Made by a program: the position numbers and the translations under genes. DNA of 36,944 nucleotides from a bacterium (GTDB lineage: Bacteria; Zhuqueibacterota; Zhuqueibacteria; Oceanimicrobiales; Oceanimicrobiaceae): NCBI GenBank assembly GCA_046757525.1, contig JBHHYI010000021.1:1-36944 (forward strand), written 5' to 3'. The notes beneath the pieces are model-generated. The model worked only from the letters and a program-made list of their open reading frames with translations. It did not search any database and was not told the DNA's origin. Shown here one piece after another: positions 9,684 to 17,675 of the stretch (its first letter is position 1; each line of letters opens with the position of its first letter).

Positions 9684-10697
9684 ATGGTGGTAGTAATGGA
9701 AGAAAATGCACACGAGGATGAAATTCAAACCGTGATTGAAAAACTTACATCCATGAGCTTTGATGTACACCGTTCGACCGGGGTGAACCAAACCGTGCTG
9801 GGGGCCATTGGCGACAAGCGAGGCCTGGACGCCCGCACGTTAGAATTGCTGCCGGGGGTTTACAAGGTGCTCCGCATCACCGAGCCTTTCAAACTAACCA
9901 GCCGCACTTTTCAACCGGAGAACACGGTCATCACTGTCAAAGGCGTCACGATTGGGAGCGAAAAGCTGGTGATGATGGCCGGCCCCTGTTCGGTGGAAGG
10001 TCGGGAGCAGATTTTAGAGATTGCTGGCATCGTGAAAAAGGCAGGCGCCCAAATCTTGCGTGGCGGCGCTTTCAAGCCCCGTTCTTCACCTTACACTTTT
10101 CAAGGTCTCAAGGAGCAAGGGTTGCAATACTTGCGCGAAGCTTGCAATAAACACGGTTTGATTTGTGTGTCTGAGGTCATGGAGGTCGCACTCATCCCAC
10201 TACTGGTAGAGTATGTGGACATTCTTCAGGTGGGCGCCAGAAACATGCAGAATTTCTCGTTGCTGAGAGAGCTGGGCAAAATCCGCAAACCCGTGCTGTT
10301 GAAACGGGGCATGGCGGCGACCATCGAAGAGACCTTGATGGCGGCCGAATACATCATGTCAGGGGGAAACTACCAGGTCATTCTTTGCGAACGTGGAATC
10401 CGCACATTTGAAAACTACACGCGAAACACGTTGGACATTTCGGCGATCCCTGTCGTCAAGAAGCTCAGCCATCTGCCCATCATCGTAGACCCCAGCCATG
10501 CTACCGGTAAACGCGACAAAGTCGCCCCCATGGCCAGGGCTGCCATTGCTGCCGGTGCCGACGGCCTGTTGATCGAGGTGCACCAGGACCCTGAAAATGC
10601 CCTGTCCGACGGCGCGCAATCTTTGTTTCCTGAACAATTTCAAAGGCTCATGGGCGAATTAGAAATCATCGCCAAGGCCGTTGGGCGCACCTGGTGA
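9684..10697 (+). CDS. aroF: Type I-beta DAHP synthase with N-terminal ACT-like regulatory domain
   Basis: AGPCSVE, GGAFKPRSSPY, GARNMQNF, CERGIRTFE and DPSH motifs. ATG 9684 follows AGGAGG; the 71-aa upstream extension in the track is unlikely to be real. Confidence 0.93.
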   Translation: MVVVMEENAHEDEIQTVIEKLTSMSFDVHRSTGVNQTVLGAIGDKRGLDARTLELLPGVYKVLRITEPFKLTSRTFQPENTVITVKGVTIGSEKLVMMAGPCSVEGREQILEIAGIVKKAGAQILRGGAFKPRSSPYTFQGLKEQGLQYLREACNKHGLICVSEVMEVALIPLLVEYVDILQVGARNMQNFSLLRELGKIRKPVLLKRGMAATIEETLMAAEYIMSGGNYQVILCERGIRTFENYTRNTLDISAIPVVKKLSHLPIIVDPSHATGKRDKVAPMARAAIAAGADGLLIEVHQDPENALSDGAQSLFPEQFQRLMGELEIIAKAVGRTW

Positions 10698-11863
10698 GTC
10701 CAAATGATTTCAATAACAAACCGCTTTTACCTGTTCAACGCCACCTGTCACAAATGGAGAGGAAATTGATTTTCGATTCGGTCACCATTGTCGGATTGGG
10801 TCTGATCGGAGGTTCCCTGGCCGCCGCCTTCAAACAAAAACAAGTGGTTGGCAGGCTGATCGGGGTCGATTTTCCGCCCATTCATTCCAGCGCTGTGTCG
10901 AGAAGATTGATCAGTCAGGGATTTGGCCCTGACCAACTGACACGCGCCGTGCAGCGTGCGGACGTGGTCATCCTTGCCACTCCGATCAAGGAGACCCTGG
11001 AGCTGCTTCCAGGGGTTGCCCACGCGGTCAAACCGGGCGCGTTAATCACCGATGTCTGCAGCACCAAGGCAGCCGTGGTGCACTGCGCCCAGAAATGCTG
11101 CTCAGAGGACGTCTATTTTCTGGGCGGCCACCCAATGGCGGGTTCGGAAAGGCAAGGACTGGAGTATGCCGATCCGTTGATGTTTGAAAATGCTGTGTAC
11201 GTGTTGACCAATTCGGGTGAGGTCCCTGACTCCGTGCTGCAAAGATTTGTTGCGCTGATTGAGGCGATTGGGGCAAAGATCATTTTTCTGTCTCCGGCTT
11301 TGCACGACAAGATGGCTGCGGTGGTCAGTCATTTGCCGCAAATGTTGGCTGTCTCGCTTATGAACCTCGCTGCCCAACAAAATGAGAAAGATGACCTGTA
11401 CCTGAAGCTGGCTGCCGGAGGGTTCCGCGACATGACCCGCGTGGCCTCCAGTCCCTATGAAATGTGGGCCGACATCTGCGCAACCAACGCCGGAAACATC
11501 AAATGGGCTATCGATCAGTTTGTTGCAGAGCTTGAAAGAACGAAACAAGCGATTTCAGACGGCCAGCTCGAATCCAAGTTTAGAAGCGCTGCCCACAACC
11601 GTTTGTCCATTCCCACCGACAGCCGGGGCTTCTTGAAGCCCCACTACGACATTTCTGTTGTCGTCGAAGACAGGCCAGGGATGATCGCTGGTATTGCACA
11701 AACTTTAGCCAGTGCGGACATCAACATAAAAGACATCGAAGTGTTGAAAGTCCGGGAAGGGGACGCCGGTACCCTGCGACTCGCTCTGGAGAGTGAAAGG
11801 GATAGAGAGCGAGCTGTGCAACGCCTCACGGAAAGCGGGTTTCAGACCTCTATCCGCGCTTGA
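10694..11863 (+). CDS. tyrA: Prephenate/arogenate dehydrogenase with C-terminal ACT domain
   Basis: GLGLIGGS Rossmann motif, DVCSTK, HPMAGSE, HD....VSHLP, GGFRDMTRVA; ACT domain EDRPGMIA. Confidence 0.92.
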   Translation: MSPNDFNNKPLLPVQRHLSQMERKLIFDSVTIVGLGLIGGSLAAAFKQKQVVGRLIGVDFPPIHSSAVSRRLISQGFGPDQLTRAVQRADVVILATPIKETLELLPGVAHAVKPGALITDVCSTKAAVVHCAQKCCSEDVYFLGGHPMAGSERQGLEYADPLMFENAVYVLTNSGEVPDSVLQRFVALIEAIGAKIIFLSPALHDKMAAVVSHLPQMLAVSLMNLAAQQNEKDDLYLKLAAGGFRDMTRVASSPYEMWADICATNAGNIKWAIDQFVAELERTKQAISDGQLESKFRSAAHNRLSIPTDSRGFLKPHYDISVVVEDRPGMIAGIAQTLASADINIKDIEVLKVREGDAGTLRLALESERDRERAVQRLTESGFQTSIRA

Positions 11864-12033
11864 GTCTCCTGTACTCCACCAGATTTCTCTTGATGTTTAG
11901 GCAATAATTCAATAATTTGCAAGCAATCACAACTCACGACATCGTGTTGGAAGCAAGGAATACCTGGCCTGATTTTGTACCAGTGCAATGGGGGCAAGAA
12001 ATCAGGTATCTGTCCACAGTGCTTGCAAAGAAT

Positions 12034-12165
12034 GGAGGTGTCCAAAAAGTTGAAAAAGAGTGGCTGTGTTGTCATTCCTGCGAAAGCAGGAATCCAGAAA
12101 AACAATAGCTTATAGATTCCCGCTTTCGCGAGAATGACAGAAATATGGCCTTTTTGGACAACCCC
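12034..12165. mobile_element. 132-bp MITE-like element containing a REP-type inverted pair
   Basis: Terminal inverted repeats GGAGGTGTCCAAAAAG (12034-12049)/CTTTTTGGACAACCCC (12150-12165), 14/16 match. Internal TGTCATTCCTGCGAAAGCAGGAATCCAG (12070-12097) and inverted TAGATTCCCGCTTTCGCGAGAATGACA (12113-12139). Confidence 0.7.
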
Positions 12166-12259
12166 GACGGTTTTTGAAGCGTTCAGCGAAAAAAGCAGGG
12201 GGATTTTAGGTGGCATTCTGAAATTCCAGGCCAAGGTGCTGTCAGCCGGACATCCCTCT

Positions 12260-12333
12260 GATTTTCGCTCTGAACGAGCGAAAATCTGTCTCCCTATCAA
12301 GGGGAGAATACCTGCGCAATCGAGACGATTGCG
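12260..12333. repeat. Cluster of three tandem palindromes
   Basis: GATTTTCGCTC/GAGCGAAAATC (11 bp, 12260-12286); TCTCCCT/GGGGAGA (12289-12307); CGCAATCG/CGATTGCG (12315-12333). Confidence 0.6.
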
Positions 12334-12372
12334 TTACGTACAGCAGAGCGTTGCCCAAAAGAGCAAGTTGCG

Positions 12373-12474
12373 AGTCATCCCGAGTAGGTCACCGTTTCTC
12401 AGGTGACCGTATCGAGGGGTGACGGGCCTCGATGCGTCCCGACCAAAAGGCGGTCGGGACTACTCAGGACGACT
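12373..12474. repeat. REPIN-like cloverleaf palindrome
   Basis: Outer stem AGTCATCCCGAGTA/TACTCAGGACGACT encloses three hairpins (12387-12408, 12409-12435, 12436-12460). Confidence 0.65.
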
Positions 12475-12538
12475 ACCATTGTGCTCAAGGAAAAGCAACT
12501 GTCGTTCCGCTCCGGAGGAGCGTTTCATCGAAGCCTTA

Positions 12539-12565
12539 GCAATCCGGTGCAGCCGGATTGTTTTA
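12539..12565 (+). terminator. Possible intrinsic terminator before aroA
   Basis: GCAATCCGG-TGCAG-CCGGATTGT stem followed by a short T run. Confidence 0.3.
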
Positions 12566-12721
12566 AATGTTGGAAACGCCAAAGGCAGCCTGTCATGCAG
12601 GAGGCATCTTGTTACAGGTCAGCACTGTGCAGCCAGCCGACAAGATTCCTCCTGAATGACATTAAAAACGTTGATAAAGGACAGCGACAGCCGGGCGTTT
12701 CTCAAAAAAGTGGTAAATAAG

Positions 12722-14005
12722 TTGGAACAAATAATTGCACCAGCAAAAAAAATTGCAGGCAAAATGAGCCTGCCGGGCGACAAGTCCATTTCCCACCGGG
12801 CGTTGATGCTTGGGGCGATTGCTGAGGGGGTCACGGAAATTGAAAATCTCTCCAATGGGGCAGATGTTGCAAGCACGGCCAACTGCTTGCGCAGTCTTGG
12901 AGTTAAAATCAAGAAGAAAGGTGGTCGCACCCTGGTCACCGGTAAGGGATTGCACGGCTTGCGCGAATCCCGGAGGGCCTTAGACGCTGGCAATTCCGGT
13001 ACCACCATGCGTCTCCTGGCCGGAATCCTGGCCGGACAGCCGTTTCAATCCGTCCTAACCGGCGACGAGTCGCTGCGCAGACGGCCTATGTCGCGAATCA
13101 TCACGCCGTTGCAACAAATGGGCGCCCGCATCGAAGCTGTGGACGGCGAGCATGCCCCGCTGTCGATCCATGGCTCCAGGTTGCTGCCGATCAGCTACAA
13201 CTTGCCCGTTGCCAGCGCTCAGCTCAAGTCCTGTATCTTGTTGGCTGGTCTTTACGCCGCCGGCAGGACCGAGGTGCGCGAACCGCGAGCTTCGCGAGAT
13301 CATACGGAACGCATGCTGCAAAATTTTGGGGCAGTCATCGAAGCACAGGACTTGCGCATTACAGTCACCGGACCCGCCACTCTGACCGCCCAGAAGATTT
13401 GGGTGCCTGGAGATCTGTCGTCGGCTGCGTTTTTTTTAGCCGCAGCCGTGCTGGTCCCGGAGTCGCAGTTGCTTTTGGAAAGGGTAGGCATCAACCCAAC
13501 CCGCAGTGCCTTGTTGACGGTGTTAAATGACATGGGGGCCAAGGTGCAAATACTGAACGTCTTTGCCGCCGGCAATGAGCTGATTGCCGATCTCTATGTT
13601 GAGCATTCTAAGCTGAAAGGCATTCGCATCGAACCGGCGCTGATTCCACAAATCATCGATGAAATCCCCATTTTGGCGGTTCTTGCCAGCCAGGCGACAG
13701 GCGTTACTGAGATTTGGGGTGCGGGAGAGCTGCGCAAAAAGGAATCGGACCGGCTGCAGACCATTGCGACGAATCTAAGTAAGATGGGGGCAAGGGTTGA
13801 GGAGAAAGAAGACGGCCTGGTCATCGAAGGGCCGACGAAATTGCGCGGTGCTGTGTTGGACAGTTTTGCAGACCACCGGATTGCCATGTCGTTTGCCGTG
13901 GCAGCCCTCGTCGCAACGAACGAGTGTAAGATCGTGAACGCAGATTGTGCGAACGTAAGCTTTCCCGGCTTTTACGATCGATTAAAACAAATTGCTGTCC
14001 TCTAA
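12722..14005 (+). CDS. aroA: 3-phosphoshikimate 1-carboxyvinyltransferase (EPSP synthase, class II-like)
   Basis: PGDKSISHR, DAGNSGTT, ASAQLKS, RDHTERML, KESDRL and DHRIAM motifs. Probable TTG start at 12722 (track start 12656). Confidence 0.95.
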   Translation: MEQIIAPAKKIAGKMSLPGDKSISHRALMLGAIAEGVTEIENLSNGADVASTANCLRSLGVKIKKKGGRTLVTGKGLHGLRESRRALDAGNSGTTMRLLAGILAGQPFQSVLTGDESLRRRPMSRIITPLQQMGARIEAVDGEHAPLSIHGSRLLPISYNLPVASAQLKSCILLAGLYAAGRTEVREPRASRDHTERMLQNFGAVIEAQDLRITVTGPATLTAQKIWVPGDLSSAAFFLAAAVLVPESQLLLERVGINPTRSALLTVLNDMGAKVQILNVFAAGNELIADLYVEHSKLKGIRIEPALIPQIIDEIPILAVLASQATGVTEIWGAGELRKKESDRLQTIATNLSKMGARVEEKEDGLVIEGPTKLRGAVLDSFADHRIAMSFAVAALVATNECKIVNADCANVSFPGFYDRLKQIAVL

Positions 14006-14006
14006 G

Positions 14007-14879
14007 ATGAACAAAATGCGGTTTGGAATCATCGGTTGTCCCATCGGGCATTCATTGTCCCCGACGTTGCACGAATATCTGCTGCAAAAAATTGGCGTCA
14101 AAGGCTGTTATCAGGCGTTCGAGATTCAGCCAGAGTCTTTGCGGGAGGCCGTTTCTGCCTTGAAGACTTTGGGATTTGACGGGTTCAACGTGACGATTCC
14201 GCACAAGCAAACGGTCATGGCGCATTTGGATGAAGTCTCAGAAGAAGCCGTACGCGTGGGCGCTGTGAACACCGTTTGCAGACGCCAAAACCGGTGGGTC
14301 GGTTACAACACCGACGGGGCAGGTTTCCTTCGTGCCTTGCAAAACAATGGCGTCGAAGTGCGCAACCAGTCGGCTGTTGTCCTGGGAGCTGGCGGTGCTG
14401 CCCGGGCGGTGATTTTTGCACTGATTGACGAAAGCATCGGCCGGTTGCGCGTGATCAACCGTACGTTAGAACGGGCCGAAAAACTGGTGAACGAGGTCTG
14501 CGCCAAAACAAGCTTCACGAACATTGGGTTTGCTGGAAGCAGCGGCAAAGCGGCTGCGGGGGTCATTCAGTCGGCGTCCCTGCTGGTCAATGCTACTTCG
14601 GTGGGAACCTGGCCAGAGGCCGATTCGACGCCGCTTGCGTTCGATTCTGACCTGAAGAATGTGACGGTGGTGGATTTGGTTTACAATCCGGTGGAGACCA
14701 GGTTCTTGAGAGCGGCCAGAGAGCTGGGAGCAGCCACCGTGGACGGTCTGGAAATGCTGATCTTCCAGGGCATCGAAGCCATGCGAATTTGGACTGAAAT
14801 GCATTTTGACCACACAGATTTTTTCAAAGAATTAAAGGCATTACTCACACAGGAGCTGCGAAGCTATGGGCAGCATTAG
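14007..14879 (+). CDS. aroE: Shikimate dehydrogenase
   Basis: HSLSP, NVTIPHK, GAVNT, GYNTD, GAGGAARA, DLVYNP and GLEMLIFQG motifs. Confidence 0.95.
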   Translation: MNKMRFGIIGCPIGHSLSPTLHEYLLQKIGVKGCYQAFEIQPESLREAVSALKTLGFDGFNVTIPHKQTVMAHLDEVSEEAVRVGAVNTVCRRQNRWVGYNTDGAGFLRALQNNGVEVRNQSAVVLGAGGAARAVIFALIDESIGRLRVINRTLERAEKLVNEVCAKTSFTNIGFAGSSGKAAAGVIQSASLLVNATSVGTWPEADSTPLAFDSDLKNVTVVDLVYNPVETRFLRAARELGAATVDGLEMLIFQGIEAMRIWTEMHFDHTDFFKELKALLTQELRSYGQH

Positions 14880-16065
14880 AATATTGACCGCAGGGGAATC
14901 GCACGGCAAGGCCCTGGTTGGCATCCTGGAAGGTATTCCTGCGGGTCTGGAGATCAGTGAAGAGGAGATTTTCGCAGCCCTGCAACGCCGGCAAAAAGGC
15001 CACGGTCGCGGCGGCCGCATGAAAATCGAGACAGACCGTGCGCAAATTCTTTCCGGCGTTCGGTTTGGAAAAACGCTCGGGAGTCCCATTTCTCTTTTGT
15101 TGGAAAACAAAGACTGGCAAAACTGGCAAAAGAAAATGGCGGTGGCAGCTCCTGACCAGGGAACCAAACAGGTCACGGTACCCCGACCAGGTCATGCTGA
15201 CCTGGCCGGTGCCATCAAGTATGGTCACCAGGACATTCGCAATGTTCTCGAACGCGCCAGCGCGCGCGAAACCGCCATGCGGGTGGCGCTGGGAAGCATC
15301 GCGACAAAGCTCTTGCAGGCGTTCGACATTGAAATCGTTAGCCACGTGCTACAAATTCATTCCGTGACCAGCGATTTTTCCCTCCTGAACATCGAGGGGG
15401 ACAACAGCCCGGAGCGCCGGTTTGGTTGCACCTTGCAAGAGATCAGCCGCAAGGCCGACCAATCCCCAGTGCGTTGTCTGGACAGTAAATATGAGGAGCA
15501 GATGATCGAAAAGATCGACACGGCCAGAGAAAACAAGGACACAGTGGGTGGCATCTTCGAAGTGGCAGCGTTAAATCTTCCCATTGGGCTGGGCAGCTAC
15601 GTGCACTGGGACCGAAAACTGGATGGCCGTATCGCCCAGGCCATGATGAGCATTCCGGCGATGAAAGGGGTGGAGATCGGCGCTGGCTTCAAGGCAGCGG
15701 CTGCGTTTGGTTCGCAAGTGCACGACCCGATTTATTACGATGAGGAGAGGCAATATTTTCGTAGTCGGAACCAGGCGGGTGGTCTGGAAGGTGGCGTCAC
15801 CAACGGCATGCCGCTGGTCGTGAGAGTAGCCATGAAGCCCATTTCAACTTTGTTGCAACCGCTTGATTCCGTGGACATGGCGACCAAAGTCAAAATCAAG
15901 GCTCACATCGAAAGGAGCGATGTGTGTGCCGTGCCTGCGGCCTCGGTGGTAGGAGAAGCCGTTTTAGCTCTGGTATTGGCTGAGGCTTTTTTGGAAAAGT
16001 TTGGGGGGGATTCTATGAATGAAATCATGCAATCTTATGAGCGCTGGAAGAACAGCAATCGGTGA
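14866..16065 (+). CDS. aroC: Chorismate synthase
   Basis: TAGESHG, RPGHAD, ERASARETA, GGLEGG and MKPISTL motifs. Confidence 0.97.
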   Translation: MGSIRILTAGESHGKALVGILEGIPAGLEISEEEIFAALQRRQKGHGRGGRMKIETDRAQILSGVRFGKTLGSPISLLLENKDWQNWQKKMAVAAPDQGTKQVTVPRPGHADLAGAIKYGHQDIRNVLERASARETAMRVALGSIATKLLQAFDIEIVSHVLQIHSVTSDFSLLNIEGDNSPERRFGCTLQEISRKADQSPVRCLDSKYEEQMIEKIDTARENKDTVGGIFEVAALNLPIGLGSYVHWDRKLDGRIAQAMMSIPAMKGVEIGAGFKAAAAFGSQVHDPIYYDEERQYFRSRNQAGGLEGGVTNGMPLVVRVAMKPISTLLQPLDSVDMATKVKIKAHIERSDVCAVPAASVVGEAVLALVLAEAFLEKFGGDSMNEIMQSYERWKNSNR

Positions 16066-16588
16066 CCGCAACATTTTTTTAATCGGATTCATGGGCGCCG
16101 GAAAAACGACCATCGGCAGGGTGCTCGCGCAAAAGTTGAGCCGCACGTTTGTTGACACGGACGCGCTGATTGAGGAGAAAGCTGGAAAGTCGATCCCCGA
16201 GATCTTCACAGAACGGGGTGAGGGTTACTTCCGCGATTTGGAGTCTGAGGTGATCGAAGCGGTGGCTGCAAGCCAGAACTACGTAGTGGCCTTAGGGGGA
16301 GGCACCGTTCTACGGGATGCAAACTGGCAGAAAATAAGGCGTTCCGGCGCCACAGTCTACCTGAAGTGGAAGCTGCCGACTCTCTTACCCCGCATTGTAA
16401 ACGACAGGAACAGGCCCCTGCTTCGGGTTGGGTCAGGCGTGGACTCTAACTTGGAGAAAATCGAACGACTGTTTCTGCAAAGGTCGCCGCTATACGAACG
16501 GGCCGAAATTGTTTTAAATTGTCAAAATAATTTAGAACCTGCTATTGTTGCAGATAAAATAGTTGAAAGGTTGTTGCAGAAGACATGA
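16037..16588 (+). CDS. aroK: Shikimate kinase
   Basis: GFMGAGKTT P-loop, DTD, GEGYFR, GGG and RPLL motifs. Start uncertain (ATG 16019 or 16037). Confidence 0.93.
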   Translation: MSAGRTAIGDRNIFLIGFMGAGKTTIGRVLAQKLSRTFVDTDALIEEKAGKSIPEIFTERGEGYFRDLESEVIEAVAASQNYVVALGGGTVLRDANWQKIRRSGATVYLKWKLPTLLPRIVNDRNRPLLRVGSGVDSNLEKIERLFLQRSPLYERAEIVLNCQNNLEPAIVADKIVERLLQKT

Positions 16589-17451
16589 AAAATTTACTCG
16601 TTGTTCATGGGCCCAATCTAAATCTTCTCGGGGAAAGAGAACCTGAAATCTATGGCACCATGTCCCTGGCCGATCTTAACCAGGAAATTGAGAAGTTTGT
16701 GCAGGAGCTGGGCTTGAGCGTCAAGGCCTTTCAATCCAACCACGAAGGTGCGCTGATTGATTTCATCCACGAGAATCGTCAGTGGGCGCAGGGGGTTCTG
16801 ATCAATCCGGGCGCCTTAACGCATTACAGCTATGCCCTGAGGGATGCCATTGCTTCGGTCAACCTCCTGACTGTTGAGGTGCACTTGTCGGACATAAACG
16901 CCAGGGAAGCGTTCCGCAAGCATTCGGTGATCAGAGATGTTTGTGTTAAGCAAATTAGCGGGCTGGGAATCCAGGGTTACCTGCGTGGTGTGGAGTATCT
17001 GGTGGGCTTGCAAGTGGTCGAACGCTTGCAGGCGTTCATGCGTGAGCAAAGCGACCGGAATGCCATCTTGTCTGAAGCGGTGAAACTGCTGAAAGAGGCT
17101 TACCCCAAGTACACCTGGGTTGGCATCTACCTGTTGGAAGGGCAGGAACTGGTGCTGCACAATTACATCGGCAAGCCATCTCCGCACACTAAGATTGCCT
17201 TAGGAAAGGGCATCTGTGGCGCTGCTGCAAATGAGGGGCGTTCGATCATCGTTCCGGATGTCAACAAGGACGCTCGGTATTTAGCCTGCAGCATCGACAC
17301 GCGCTCAGAAATCGTGGTGCCAATCATGTCTAACCGGCGTGTCTATGGTGAAATCGATATCGATAGCGATCGTTTGGACATTTTCCATGAGGGCGACCGG
17401 GAAATCCTGGAGAGCATCAGCGCCCTGTTGACACGGATTTGGACCCGGTGA
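16585..17451 (+). CDS. aroQ: Type II 3-dehydroquinate dehydratase fused to a C-terminal GAF (fRMsr/MsrC-like) domain
   Basis: aa 1-140: HGPNLNLLGEREPEIYG, QSNHEG, NPGALTH, EVHLS. aa ~143-288: WVGIY, GKGICG, YLACS, SEIVVP, GEIDIDS. Confidence 0.9.
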   Translation: MKNLLVVHGPNLNLLGEREPEIYGTMSLADLNQEIEKFVQELGLSVKAFQSNHEGALIDFIHENRQWAQGVLINPGALTHYSYALRDAIASVNLLTVEVHLSDINAREAFRKHSVIRDVCVKQISGLGIQGYLRGVEYLVGLQVVERLQAFMREQSDRNAILSEAVKLLKEAYPKYTWVGIYLLEGQELVLHNYIGKPSPHTKIALGKGICGAAANEGRSIIVPDVNKDARYLACSIDTRSEIVVPIMSNRRVYGEIDIDSDRLDIFHEGDREILESISALLTRIWTR

Positions 17452-17675
17452 AGGCAGTCTGACATTTTAACAGATGGGTGCAGACCTAATGGCAAGCGGT
17501 GCACTGAACCCGGAACGGCGCGGTGGCCTGAACGAACGGTTCACCGTCACATGGCTAAACCATGATAAAATAAACGGGCAACTCAATCGATGTCTGTGTG
17601 GCATAATAATTGTTGCTTCCACCTCAGGTTTGGCTTAATTGACTAATTGGCACAAAAAGCAAGGCATATTTTATC

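Noticed and set aside
12373..12474. tRNA or tRNA-like gene
   Set aside because: The cloverleaf stems are too long, and it lacks D-loop GG, T-loop TTC and CCA features.
11842..12720. Several 63-152 aa ORFs in the tyrA-aroA gap
   Set aside because: They read through palindromic repeats (e.g. VILAKAGI...WIPAFAGMT is a REP translation) and show no transposase or AroB motifs.
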